A DNA stretch of 58,546 nt, the filler included, from Basidiobolus ranarum (lineage: Eukaryota), in the NCBI GenBank assembly GCA_040143965.1. It is 8 parts of 8 records of this genome, joined end to end, with 100 filler letters (N's around TTAATTAATTAA, not from the genome) between each part and the next. Parts side by side here need not be neighbours in the genome. Positions count along the whole stretch, not along the records: positions 22,032 to 29,265 come from JASJQH010001159.1; positions 29,366 to 36,596 come from JASJQH010001160.1; positions 36,697 to 43,921 come from JASJQH010001161.1; 5 more parts are not named here. One strand, 5' to 3'. The notes below the pieces were generated by a model. The model did no database searches and was not told where the DNA came from. It worked only from the letters and a program-made list of their open reading frames with translations. The translations under genes were made by a program, and so were the position numbers. This document shows positions 24,411-36,939 of this stretch, piece by piece (within the stretch, counting starts at the first letter, position 1; each line of letters begins with the position of its first letter).

Positions 24411-24719
24411 GATGGAGGGTTCCATCCTTATTCTTGACAGTTTCTGGCTCTATGTTCAGATGCTCCAAAATAGAGGCATAGGTTCTCTTGTTGGTGTTTA
24501 TGTTTCTCCCCAGGGCTAAGCTTTCTGAATTGAGTTCCATCAATTTGCATTGGGTCATCTGCTTAAGCTGTATTTCATGTTTGATGGGAAAAAGATCTGA
24601 AAGTAGGTGAGAAAGGAGAGTAGAAAGAAGCCATATTTCTTTATTGTTGTCTTTCAAGCAATGTGTTGTCACAATTAACTGCCTGATGGATGACATTAGT
24701 TCAGGTCACTGGATCAGCC

Positions 24720-26105
24720 ATAGCAAATAAAAGATCCTTAATATTTTCCCAAAGTCTATATTGAACTGGTTGATTGGGGCAGATTCTTCCCAATTGAGAT
24801 TGCAGGCAAGAAGGTGGAATTCTGCAGCATAAGTGGATTCACGCTTTTACCCTTGTTTAAGTGATAGTTCTTGGTAGCTGAGGTTCATTCCTTATCTACA
24901 TTTCCCAATATAGCTTCCAGTTCAGCAAGGAAGGCAAAGAAGATTGAAGGACGTGGAGATTAACTTTCCATCAATGGAGCAAACCAAGACAGAGCAGTTC
25001 CTGATAATAGTGTCACCACTAGGCCTGCTTCTGTTAGGTCAGAGGTGTAGTAATGGTGATGTAACTGAATGATGAGTTTTACTTAGTTGATAAAACCATG
25101 ATAGTTTTGGTGAGTGCCATCAAACCTATTTGATAAGGAGATCTTGGGTTCAGGAGTTGGGTTTGCAGGATAGTTGGATGGAGCTGGAATTGGTACTTGA
25201 GCAAGACAAGAACAAAGTTCTTGACTTTCTTGCTGAAGCTGAGTAAGGGCCTGCATGACATCTTCCATTATGGGGGCTGGTGTAGACATAATACTCACTA
25301 TGTTGAGAGGGGGAAGTCTTAAAAGCACATGTTACTCTAAGAACGCCAATTGCAATGCAATGTCCTATTCTCTGCTGAAGAAAGGAATGGCACCTTGACA
25401 AGAGAATATGCTGGTATCAATGTCCCTTAATCTTGAACAAGTACTAAAGCTTCATTGATCTAAAACAACTATAAACTCAGCCATTAACATCTTGACATGG
25501 ATGCACTTAAGGCAATTATCCTAAATTGGAAGGTACCTTTGCCTGAGCAGGGAAGCTTGGGAGAGGTGGGTAACAAGAGGGACACCAACCTTGAGGGGTT
25601 TCAAAGTAAGAGTACAGAGATACAGAGAGGTCTACAGTCAAGTGTGAGTAGTCCAATCATACTGTCACAATAGGGAACTGGACAAGGACTGGAAACAAGG
25701 ACAAGAGGCTAGAAGGCAGGAGAGTATGTGTAGACCACAAGGCAAGACAAGGAAGATATTTGGGTAAGAAACTTTATTCACAATTGGCACCAATCAGACT
25801 GAGATCTGATCAAGGAAACAACAAGCTTATGTAGATATTGCAGGGTTAAAATAATACACTGAATAGGGCAATTATTGTGGCAAGTTCAAGTGTTGGGGTG
25901 TTGGTGGAAATATATTATTTGTGGGATGACATGAGTGGTTTAGTTTCATGAAATGTACCTAACAACATGACTGCTATATAAGGTACCTGGAAATATTAGC
26001 ATATGATTGTCAAGAAAGAATGGCACAGCTGATGTGATGCCATAATCTAATAATAGAAGTGTTCCATTTGCAGTGGATGAGTATGCCAAGATCAGAATCA
26101 TGACA
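24720..26105 (-). mobile_element. Ty3/gypsy element 5' half: LTR (25663-26105), leader, degraded gag
   Basis: gag PEPKISLSNRFDG...GFIN*, LLSGTALSWFAPL, YAAEFHLLACNLNWEES..INQF; LTR TGTCA...TGACA. Confidence 0.88.
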
Positions 26106-26857
26106 GGAAGTGAGCTCTTGAGAGGTGGAATGTGATTGTCTGTGACAATATACATTTAGGCAATTTACACCCCAATTTAATTCTGTAATGTCTCTAATTT
26201 TCAAGAATAAAACAAGCTAATTTGTATCTTATTGGTAAGTTTTTGTCACACAATGTGTTGTACTCTGCTCTTCAAGTTTTGGAAGCTGCTATAAATGGCT
26301 TTAGCTAAGTTTACATGTTGACAATACAGTTATTGATTTTGAGTGTGCACAAGCTTTAGGTTTCAGGCCTGGCAGCTAATTTACAGCTATTCTGATCTGT
26401 TGTAGTGCCACCAGCCTTGAGCAGTTGCACTATTTACTGATTACAGACATTGACTACATTTGGAACATAGAGCATATCATTCAATGATGCAGATAAGAGT
26501 AGCTGGATTTTAGTCTAAACTTAGAACAACTGTGCCTATATAAACCACATCTGATGACCCTGAGTGAATACTGAGCAAAATGCACCTACTATAACAGCCA
26601 GAATCTGTACATTTAATAAGGATACTTTTGACTGATAACAAGGATGATTTCTACTTCACAGATTGTGCCAGTTTTTAATTCAGCAAGAAATTAAAAAACA
26701 AACAGTAGAACCTTATATTCCTCAAGAAAAAGAAGGTGTTCAGAGCTCTAATAGCACAATGTTGTGAATGGCAAAATTGTGTCACAAGATCAGAAAGTTA
26801 CAATAACAATATTCATGAAAACATGTCTCCACTGCACTGTTGGTAAAAATCAATGCC

Positions 26858-27040
26858 TTACAAAATGGCATCTTTTGTTGCTTCAATTACTGCCATTGCT
26901 GCTACTTCAATAGTTGACAAAGCTACTGTTGGTTGCTTCTTCTTTTTCCAGGTAACAATCCATTCTCCTCTAATACAGATATATGTAGTTGTTGCTTTTC
27001 TTTTATCCAAGTCTCCAGCCCAATAAGAGATATCATATTC
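26858..27040 (-). mobile_element. Second Ty1/copia RNase H fragment
   Basis: WAGDLDKRKATT.Y...VTWKKKKQPTVALSTIE...ATKDAI. Confidence 0.85.
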
Positions 27041-27779
27041 TAACAATAATTCCATCATTAGAGAGCTCACTAATGAAAAATATAAGCAAAGATAATTGTG
27101 TTTCATGTGCCATATGAAGGGATATTGCATTATTAATGTCCATAGTGAAAGCCAAAAGAAGGTAAGAGGCGCTTGAATATTTTTGATACTATGAGTTGTA
27201 CTACAACAAGAAAGAAGAAGCTGAGACAACTTTGCAACAGTCTGCTGAATAACTTTGCAATGTGAATGAGTATGCAAGAAGAATAATATATCTTATTGGG
27301 TAGAAACATGACTGCTGCAAAATCATTCTTTATTAGCTACTTAAAAACTGTAACATTAGTAGCAGTACAACCTTTCTTCTACTCTGGAGAAGACTCTTTC
27401 CCTTCTCTGAAACACCTAAATAGAGATCAAACATACAACAGATTGTTACCTGCCAGTCTAAACTTCTGCAGCTTTTGAGCTAGAAACTGCAAGGAATTGC
27501 TAATTCTAACCAGAAACTATTAGGTTCAACCATGTCAAAAAGTACTTTGAGCATCAGAGTTGACTTGCAGCATTGTAACTTTGATGAAAATCTTAGAATT
27601 TAGATTTTGCATCTGGAGCATCATCTATGGGAGAACTACCACTAATCACTGCTTGGTTACAGTTTATCCAACAGATTCAACATACCCCTGAACCATCACA
27701 TCTGCAGCATCTACTTAGAAGAAAATCAGTACAGTTGAAGCAAGCAAAGACTGTGAACAAGTTTATTTATAGTGCTATA

Positions 27780-28120
27780 GATGCTTAATGGGCCAGATCA
27801 ATAATATGCATCAGGTAGACCAAGTGAAACACACTGTCAAAGGACTGAATGGAAAACTAAGATGAAAGTGAACCACCAAGGCCCAGACATCTTAGAACAG
27901 GCAATCCATGATACAACTAACTATGTCATCATCATGTATGTTGAAGCAAGAACATATGCTATGGAGGATAGACAGCACCTAAGTTAGCTCAGGAGACCAA
28001 TAGAAGGAATTCCATGGAGATTGATATCATGAACAGAGAGCTCACTACTGAGGAAAGTGAGCTAAGACAATTATTATTCACATGCCATAAGAAGGAATGT
28101 TATGCTAGATATCGAGTTAT
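27780..28120 (+). mobile_element. Ty3/gypsy gag C-terminal relic (PMEID plus degenerate zinc knuckle)
   Basis: MEID..RELTTEE..R...FTCHKKECYAR resembles PMEID...CF.C.K.GH.AR. Confidence 0.55.
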
Positions 28121-28829
28121 AAATGTAACTACTGCAAGAGTAATGATTGCTCAGGTGCATCAGATGAGCACGTATCATTCCAATTTGCCAACAAAGCAGG
28201 AATCTACTCAGAACCTACTCTGACAGCCTAAGTTCCTTCTGCAGATGGAACAACACACTTTGTATGTCTTTTACTGAAGGAACTGATATTTGAGAACTCA
28301 GTATAATACTAATATACTGTTAGTGCTGATGTACTGATAATTCTGAAGATGGCACAAATTAACTAATATTCAAGATGCTACAATTAGTGAATCATTTTAC
28401 TTGTGCTGACCAAGAATGAGATGGCTCTCTTGAGTCTTTCTTCTTGGAGTCCCAATATTTGGTTATTGGATTGACTTCTTGAAGCCTGGCAACTTTGAGT
28501 CTGTCACAATAGCCTAAATCTTTTATAGTACTCCTTGTTTATTCACTGGCTGATTTATATGGAATCAGCATTCTCTGATGACTTTGTTACATTCTGTCCA
28601 AAGAGGCTTAAGTATCTATGTTACTTCTTAACAGCACAGAGGCTCCAAGAGCAATTGGTTATGAGCTTACAGCATTGTCAAAAAAAGTATTCATTTTTGA
28701 GATACTGACTTCAGCTCTTGCTTTTGCCTCATTTATATGCTGAGTAGAATTCTCCTTGGCTGAGTTCATCTTCCAATATGTTGGTAAGTTTTGATGGCAA
28801 TAACTCCTGAAATCACAGGGTGGCCTCCT

Positions 28830-29265
28830 TTGACTGAGTTGAAAGAAGACTTTGGAGTTTTACTGTGATATAGCAGGCAAATAAGGCTTGACCAATGTAC
28901 TCATCCCACTTGTGTGTTGCTCCATTTGCACACTTACTCAGCAACTTACTGAAAAGTCCATTAAATCTCTAAGTAACTCCATTGCTTCTATAGAGGTCTA
29001 TAAGTCCTTGATACTTTGAAGTTTCAAATAGGCTCTCAATGTCTTCGTCATAGAGTCAGCTCTGCTGTCTAGTAGAATCCTAACAAGGCATCCACAATGG
29101 CCAGGTACTAGAAGGTTGTAACATCTTCTTCACCAGAAATTGGTATTGCTTCGGAAAGTATTTAAGTGGTTGCATTGTAAATGGCAATAAGAATTGCTTG
29201 GTTGCTTCTTCTAGTAGTAGGTTATCCTTGTATAAAATCAATTCCCCAGCTTTCAAAGATTTCAA
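28830..29265 (-). mobile_element. Ty3/gypsy integrase core relic
   Basis: Manual translation gives FESWGIDFIQG*PTT..SN.AILIAI.NAT and SNGVT*RFNGLF..LLSK.....KWDEYI.QALFA. Confidence 0.85.
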
Positions 29266-29365
29266 NNNNNNNNNNNNNNNNNNNNNNNNNNNNNNNNNNN
29301 NNNNNNNNNTTAATTAATTAANNNNNNNNNNNNNNNNNNNNNNNNNNNNNNNNNNNNNNNNNNNN

Positions 29366-29730
29366 TCCATTTGGCCTTGATCTGGAGTGGATTCATCATC
29401 TGTTGGTTGCTCTGCACCTTGAGTATCTTCAGCTGGAGCTTGTTCCATCTGACCTTGATCAGAAGTGGACTCCTCTTCTGCTGGTTGCTCTTCACTCTGC
29501 TGGTACACTGGCATCACTGGTGGTTGAGCATAACTATACTCCATTGTTTGAGGGGCTGCCTGATATTGAGGCTGTACATCGCAAGAGCCAACCTGTTCTC
29601 CGCACGAATTATCTTTGTAAGTGGTGTGTGCAACAGCGTTGGCAAAACCTGGTAGGTTATGAAGTGGAGCTGCTAATGCTCCTTGAACCAAGACACAAGA
29701 AGAGATCAAAAAAGCTAGAGCAGTTTGCAT
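29366..29730 (-). CDS. Secreted Gln/Glu-rich precursor, family member 1 (3' end cut by the segment edge)
   Basis: Signal peptide MQTALAFLISSCVLVQGALA; near-colinear paralog of 30530-31234. Confidence 0.85.
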
Positions 29731-30529
29731 GATTGTTGAAGTGTCGATGGTAATGATCCAAGTGTAGAATGATTAGCAATCCACGAGGGGAACCACACTT
29801 TATACTTCTATTACTTGAAAGTGTCATATAGTATACATTTTCAATGCCATTAACTTTTCCCCTAGATTCTAGTTTAGTTTTGATCAGATCAAAATGAATA
29901 ACTAATTGTCGCAAGAACTCTTCGAACTTTATTCCATTCAAGCAGTAACAATACCACGAAATGTCATTATTTGTCCATTTGTGTCGAATTATTTCTTCTA
30001 GAGATTCGGTTAGAAGTAATTAAATAACGTTTATTCTCTAGTACCTCATAGATTACTCTGTTATTTGGTCTATATGAGAGTTGTATTGCATTTCAAACTT
30101 CAGTTGTGGCATTCCCGAGATGCCTATACATTCGTAATAATTGACTGCTCAAGTGCGATGTGCTGGCGCTGGAATAAAAAAAGTATTCTCATGGCTTTGA
30201 AAGGTATGTGTGTATATATTTGTCTTCATACTATTCCGAAAATCTTATCGATAGAGTCCACAATAGCATAGGCTCACCTCCTTTGCACTGAAGAGCTAAA
30301 CATGTATAGGTTAAACAGTTTAAATCTACCAAGCTTCTGCTATTTCTATATATATTGAAGTAAACTCTGCGAATTATATAACAGTTGAATAGTGGCCTTA
30401 GTACGGGGTTCTCAATAAAGCACAAGAGTAGTCACATTCTACCTATATTCTTAGGCTAACATTTATTCATGTAGAATATTATAGTTACTGTTATAGATAA
30501 CTAAGAAAGATAGTAATCAATGAAGAGAG

Positions 30530-31234
30530 TTAATGTCTGTTTCCGCTGAAATATCTAATCTTGAAGGAACGATGAGCAAATTTCTTGTATTTCTTGTAAG
30601 CTCTTTTGGGTCGGTGCATTGGCCACTGAGGAATGATGATCGTAGGTTGAGGTGGCTGAGCTGGTTGGTATATAGTCTGGTCAACCAACTGGGCTTGATC
30701 GAATTGATTCGAATTGGACAGTGCTTGACTACCTTGAGATGCGTGGCCTTTCACTTCGTCCAGTAATGCTTGTTTGGGCTGTAGTTGGCTCAGATCAACG
30801 TTCCATGCGGAAGGAGTGCCTCGAATTTGGTCCTCAGATTGAGACTGGTCATCTTCAACGGGTGCTTGTTCCATTTGACCTTGATCAGAAGTAGGTTCTT
30901 CATCTGTTGGTTGCTCTGCATCTTGAGTATCTTCAGCAGGAGCCTGTTCCATTTGACCTTGATCTTGGGTGGACTCCTCCTCTGCTGGTTGCTCTTGACT
31001 CTTTTGGTACACTGGCATCACCTGTGGTTGCATATAACTGTACTCAGTTGCTTGAGGTGCAGGTTGATATTGAGGCTGTGTAAAGCAAGACCCAGCCTGT
31101 TCTCCGCAAGATCTATCTTTGTAAGTAGTCTGCGCCACTGCATTTGCAGATCCTGGTTGGTTACGGAGGGGAGCTGCTAATGTTCCTTGAGCCAATATAG
31201 AAGCAGAGATCAAAAAAGCTAGAGTAGTTTGCAT
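30530..31234 (-). CDS. Secreted Gln/Glu-rich precursor with cationic C-terminal peptide, member 2 (234 aa)
   Basis: Signal peptide, acidic internal repeat DQGQMEQAP x2, conserved module, RPKR then AYKKYKKFAHRSFKIRYFSGNRH; TATATAAG box ~31301. Confidence 0.9.
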   Translation of the reverse strand: MQTTLAFLISASILAQGTLAAPLRNQPGSANAVAQTTYKDRSCGEQAGSCFTQPQYQPAPQATEYSYMQPQVMPVYQKSQEQPAEEESTQDQGQMEQAPAEDTQDAEQPTDEEPTSDQGQMEQAPVEDDQSQSEDQIRGTPSAWNVDLSQLQPKQALLDEVKGHASQGSQALSNSNQFDQAQLVDQTIYQPAQPPQPTIIIPQWPMHRPKRAYKKYKKFAHRSFKIRYFSGNRH

Positions 31235-31970
31235 GATTGTTGAGGTGTCAATGGCAATGATTCAAGTACAGAATGATTAACAAGAAACGAAAGAACCGCT
31301 CTTATATAAAGAAAGAACCATATAGTATACAATCTCGCCAACTCTTCCTCTGGGTTTCTACATAAACTAAATCGAAAAGTAACCTTATTTGATGGTAGCA
31401 TCAGGGTCACTATGGTACACTCAAATTCTAGCTAATAGATTACTTCTATTATCAGTAATCTGAAGCCTATTCTATCATTATCTATATTAACTTTTGTCTT
31501 TCCGTGTTGATTATACACTGAAATCGAAACAAAGTGGATATATACACATAATAAGTATGAAAACGAGAGAGAAGGTTTTGATTTACCAAACTTCGAGGCC
31601 GAAGATTCTTAATTATTGAGCCTCACTCACTTAATGATTTTTCCAATTATAGAGCATACCTGGGCAAAATCGTAACTGGGACTACACATTAGCGCTAAAG
31701 TATTCTTAGTACAATTGGAAAAGCACACTGGAGTTATATTACGTCATTTCTAAGAGCAATTACCAGGTCAGTGCTGCTCTATCATCGATATAGATTCTAG
31801 ATTCTTGAATAAGCCAGTAAATCTGAATTAAACAAATTTAGGTGGACATTGGTAGAAGTAGAGTGCTGATAGCTAGCTGCTCCTATCCTACCAAATTAGC
31901 ACTGATGAACTAATTGGAATTTAGTATCTGATTTTGGGCCATATTTTTTGTACCTCTTACAGGTTCTGTT

Positions 31971-32185
31971 GGGCCAGTGAGAGTTGCGGTGGCTGAACTG
32001 TTTGGTATACAAGCCAACCAACTGAGTTTAAGCGAATTGGACAGAGCTTGACTACTTAGGGATATATGGCTCTTTACTTTATCCAGTAATACTCAGATTG
32101 GGATAATTCTTCCTTAGCTGGAGCTTGTTCCACTTGATCTTGATCAGAAGTGGACTCTGAACTCATCTTCACTCTTGGTATATTG
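31971..32185 (-). pseudogene. Deleted and frameshifted copy of the same secreted family (member 3)
   Basis: Fragments ESTSDQDQVEQAPA, LLDKVKSH..SSQALSNS and YQTVQPPQ in shifting frames. Confidence 0.8.
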
Positions 32186-32493
32186 TAATGATTTGTGATT
32201 AGATATAGCTACATCCTGTGATCTGGAGAGTTGTAGCAATGAGTTGAAAATAAGAAATCACCACCTGTAATACTCATATATCTGCCATTGTCATTTGATC
32301 TATATACAATTCGAGTCTGGCAACTTTATGTCTCGTTGGATAGTATATTCATTGTACAGTATAGAATAGATTGTATATTTGGCCTTTATTTTTTCAACAG
32401 TGTTTAGCAGGGGCTGGCTAGAACAGTGAATCCCATTTTAACAGGTACAGAATATAACTCCATTCAGGATATTGAAGACTAAACCTTGAAAAT

Positions 32494-32979
32494 CTAGTGT
32501 CTTCTGTTGCCACTGAAGTATCTGATCTTGAAGGCACTGTGGCCATATTTCTTGTACTTCTTGTAAGCTCTTCTGGGTCGGTGCAAAGCCCATTGGGGAA
32601 TGATAATTGGTGGTTGAGGTTGCTGAGCTGGTTGGTATATAGTTTGGTCGACCAACTGAGCTTGATCAAATTGGTTCGAATTGGACAGTGCTTGACTACC
32701 TTGGGAAGCGTGGCCTTTCACTTCTTCCAATAATGCCTGCTTGGGCTGGAGGTGAGATAAGTCCACGTTCAATCTAGCTGGGGTCGCTTCATGACGCTCG
32801 TAGATTTCGGGGGTCTCTTCACGGACTTCTGGCTCACTCACTGTGGTTTCTGGGACAGCTTCTTGGCTGATGGTACCATGCTCCATGGGCGCAATGGCTT
32901 CATAGCTTTGGACAGGAACTCCCAACACTGTATGGATCAGGATGCAAGAGGATACAAGAAGAGCGAAGACTGATTGCAT
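32494..32979 (-). CDS. Secreted precursor with cationic C-terminal peptide, member 4 (161 aa from ATG 32979)
   Basis: MQSVFALLVSSCILIHTVLG signal; distinct acidic spacer; shared ~90-aa C-terminal module ending RPRR/AYKKYKKYGHSAFKIRYFSGNRRH; TATATAAG ~33040. Confidence 0.9.
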   Translation of the reverse strand: MQSVFALLVSSCILIHTVLGVPVQSYEAIAPMEHGTISQEAVPETTVSEPEVREETPEIYERHEATPARLNVDLSHLQPKQALLEEVKGHASQGSQALSNSNQFDQAQLVDQTIYQPAQQPQPPIIIPQWALHRPRRAYKKYKKYGHSAFKIRYFSGNRRH

Positions 32980-33394
32980 GGTTGAAGAGCTATCAATGTC
33001 GATATTGAACTGGATAGCAAACAAGAGTGCTAAGAGCTGCTTATATAACTCTAGATCACGAGTAAGGAGTTTACTTGATTACTTCAATCTCTCACACTTT
33101 GAATGGTAAGGTAAATAAAGTAAGTTTGGGGAGTTTATTAAGTAAATTGGAAGTTGGAAGATCTCCTTACTGGCTTATTGGAATATATGGTGTTGACTCC
33201 ACGAAGCATGTTTCCACACAATCTGTCCTCGAAACCATAAATCTCTCAGTCACCACAAATCATTTAACAATCAGTAAATCCAGGGCTCTTAACCCGAAAT
33301 CTCTTTTGATAGAGTAAATATTTTCAATTCAAATCTTAAGTTTATCTGAAAAATGCTTAATTAATATCTGTCATTCCAACTGGTAACTCCAAAA

Positions 33395-35888
33395 ATGTCT
33401 CGACGTAAACCCAAACAATTCAGTTTGAAGCCGAAACAAACTTTCCAAGAAAGAAATCGTAGAAGTAAAGAACAAGAGATTTCTAACGAGAGTATGTTTC
33501 GTGTTTGGAATAGAATCTCCTCGTACCAAAGATAATAACTCTTTGTTTTTCGTTTTCTAAAGAGTTAGAAAAGCATCATGCTCACATAGAAAAAGTTCTC
33601 GGAATAGAGAAGGGTTCAGATATGGAAAAAAAACTTCTCAACAAAATCAAATCTCAACGTCCAAAGGAACCTACCTCGAACAGGTCCTTATCTTGTTTAC
33701 TTTATACAAAATTAATATTATATTGACTTGACATTTGATGAGGAAGGCTTCGTTCAGTGTTCGAAAAAATGAGCCAAGTTCAGATCAAGATTAATAAAGA
33801 GATTTCCATGCAGCCACTTGTTAGACTTCCAAAGGTACGATCGAATGGACTCTTGCAACATTATACTTAATATTGATACTCTGCTTTAGGAGGAGTTGGA
33901 GGTATCCTTAGAAAAAACTTACCCCACAATTCTCGATTTCCCTAAAAGACCAACCTGGAGCCATGAAATGTCTAAAGAGGCTTTGGAGGTTCATGAAAAC
34001 GAATATTTTGAGCAATGGTTAAATAAGATATATTCGGAATTTCCAGTCGAGCAACTCAGCTTCTTTGAACATAACTTGGAAGTGTGGCGACAACTGTAAG
34101 TTCCTACTAATCTTGGATGGGAGAATAGTCGATCTAATTCATGTTTTCTAGCTGGCGAGTGATTGAAATCAGCGATATTATCCTTATTGTAGTTGATGCA
34201 CGACATCCAGTTCTTCATTTTCCTCCGGCGCTTTATCGTTACGTAGTAGATGAGCTTAAGCGTAGTTTAGTACTCGTATTTAATAAGGTAATTGAGAGTG
34301 TATCTCTTTCGACCGGTAGCGACTCAACTGATCTTCCATGCTCATAGGTCGACTTAGTCAATGATACCACACTAGAAGCTTGGAAGCAATACTTTCAGCA
34401 GCAATTCCCTGATCTTCATATAGCCTCATTCAGTAGTTACGAGCATCTAGGAGACCTTGATGATGTTAACCAAAGTAGCGTGCTTGTTTGATTATTAACC
34501 TTGGTCCAATTCACTCAGTCTACTTTCTGTTAGAGACCAAAGGGCAAAGATCAGTGAGACGGAAATATCGCGCCCTTGGTATCAAAGATGTACTCAAAGC
34601 CTGCCGCACAGTTAGTATTACCAAGAAGAACGTGGAGATAGACTGGGACGAGGTTATTGGCCAGCTTAAGGAAGAGACTCTTGAGGAGGAGTTTGATAGT
34701 GATGAAAGCGACGACAGTGATGAAAATGACTCCAAACACATCGATGAACTGGGTATATCAGCAATCAAAACCTCTCATACAATAATACCCTTACTAAGCA
34801 CCTACCTTTAGCTGGAAATCTGGAGAATGTCACACTAGATGAGCAGGAGACATCTCCAAGCAGTGATTATATTACACTTGGACTAGTTGGTAATTTGGTT
34901 CAAGTAATCTGTTTACAGCAGCTTTTCTGATGCATTCTTTGCATAGGACATCCTAATGTGGGAAAGAGTACTCTTATCAACGGAATCATGGGACGTACTG
35001 TTGTAAGCACTAGTAGAACACCAGGTGATGGTTGACCAAAGCTATATTGTTTAGAAATTGAATCTAACACTCTACTGTCTAACAGGCCATACAAAGCACT
35101 TCCAGACAATTCATTTGACAAAAAACATCCGATTGTGTGATTGCCCTGGTCTTGTATTTCCTAGTCTGCTACCAAAACCATTGCAGGTATACAACAGAGT
35201 CTATTTTCATTTAGGGCCACAACTAAGGCAACCTACTTGACATTTGTGTAGATTCTAAGTGGAATGTATCATATAGCTCAGGTTCAAGAGCCTTATACCG
35301 CCATTAAGTTCTTGGTAAGTGTGTAAACAGCTAAATTCGTGAGTCATAGCGTAATAGTTCTTTTCACCAGGCCGAACGAGTCCCCATCGAGGATATACTT
35401 GTACTGAAGCACCCAGAGAATAAAGACTCATGGTCAGCTTGGGATATATGCGAAGGTACGGCTTCTTCTCGTTTCACTGTTAATTCTCTAGAAACTTACA
35501 GCTAGCGAATATAGCCTTTGCTTTGCAGCGGAGCTTTTTGACGGCCAAGGCGGCCCGACCAGATGTCTACAGAGCTGGTAAATTTAGTGAGATTAAATGT
35601 AACTGATAACATCTCTCTCTAATCTTTGCTACCTTGATAGCCAATACACTGCTACGCTTCGCCAACGATGGTAGAATTATTCTATCATTTAAGCCGCCTG
35701 GTTTCTTTCAATCAGATATGTACATTGCTTCGAAGGCTATTCAGCCAAGTAAGCAACAAGCATATATTAAGAAACAGGAATCCGAAAGCTTGACGAGTGA
35801 GGAAGAGGAGGAGGAAGAGACGATGGCGGCACCGAAGTTCACAGTGGGTGGCCAATTCGGGCTATTAGATCAGTTAGGTGGGGAATAA
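33395..35888 (+). CDS. GNL1: Circularly permuted GTPase, GNL1/HSR1-like (multi-exon)
   Basis: LDFPKRP.W, FEHNLEVWRQLWRV.EISD, LHFPPALY, NKVDL (G4), GHPNVGKS (G1), SRTPGHTKHFQT, LCDCPGLVFPS (G3). Confidence 0.92.
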
Positions 35889-36275
35889 TTGTATCTACAT
35901 TACTGCACCTTATTTAAATAAATTATGATGTTCCAAGAATTGTCTAAGTAATGGATTCGGAAATTGGGCTGTGAAAGATATACACTAGCGCGCACAACTG
36001 ATGCACTCTTTGGCATACATTGTTTCAAATGTCAACATCGCCTCATTTCCCCAATGTATTAAGTTGATATTTGTCGCACTGCGCAAGCAGAGCCTAAATG
36101 GCAGTCTTTCATGTTTTGAGAAATAATACTTTTGGAGTCACTTTCAGTGCATTGATTACTGTATATATGTAGTTACAATAGTTGTCAATATGAAAAAATT
36201 TAAAATATTGAACCTTTGCCATTTTGGTAGACTCCTATTTAATATTTATCAATTGAGAAGAGTTTGATTGGTACT

Positions 36276-36596
36276 TGTTGAAATTAGCATTGCCTAAACA
36301 CCTATATAGTCTAATATAGCTTAGTACTTAGTTATCTTATAACTCACTAAGATATTATCCATTATTCTCATAAAGAATTTACTTAGAAGTTCTCAGATAT
36401 ATAGATTTTGATAAGTTGTGCTAGAAACCCCAAACTTTGCACACATGTTTCTGGGACCTTTCTTAACACATTCCACATGTTAGTCTGCTTACATCTTGAC
36501 AAAACTATAAATGTCAACTTTCTACTCAATAAATCAATAAGTGAAAACCACCAATTCCTCTAATTCTCCAAACCACTTCCAACAGGCTCCCAAATA
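36276..36596 (+). mobile_element. ~350-bp copia LTR copy running into the segment edge
   Basis: TGTTGAAATTAGCATTGCC...CAGGCTCCCAAATA. Confidence 0.9.
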
Positions 36597-36939
36597 NNNN
36601 NNNNNNNNNNNNNNNNNNNNNNNNNNNNNNNNNNNNNNNNTTAATTAATTAANNNNNNNNNNNNNNNNNNNNNNNNNNNNNNNNNNNNNNNNNNNNAAAT
36701 GTTACACACAAACAAATAAAGTAAATACCCCCACTTTAGGTACCCTCGTCATTGCGCTAAATAAATACAGGTAATCTTCCCATTGTCCTTCGTGCTCTCA
36801 TTGTATCCTTCCTTTGTGTCAATAGATCACAACTTCGCCACTTCAGCTTCTTGAAATCTTAATCTTTCTGGCAATATTCCAAGATGTAAGCCTAGTTAAA
36901 TTAGCACCGAATAGGAGCCGTTGAAATGCCAAAAAAACT

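Noticed and set aside
29371-32973. Plus-strand Leu-rich ORFs over the secreted family
   Set aside because: Antisense to Gln/Glu-rich coding sequence; no independent support.
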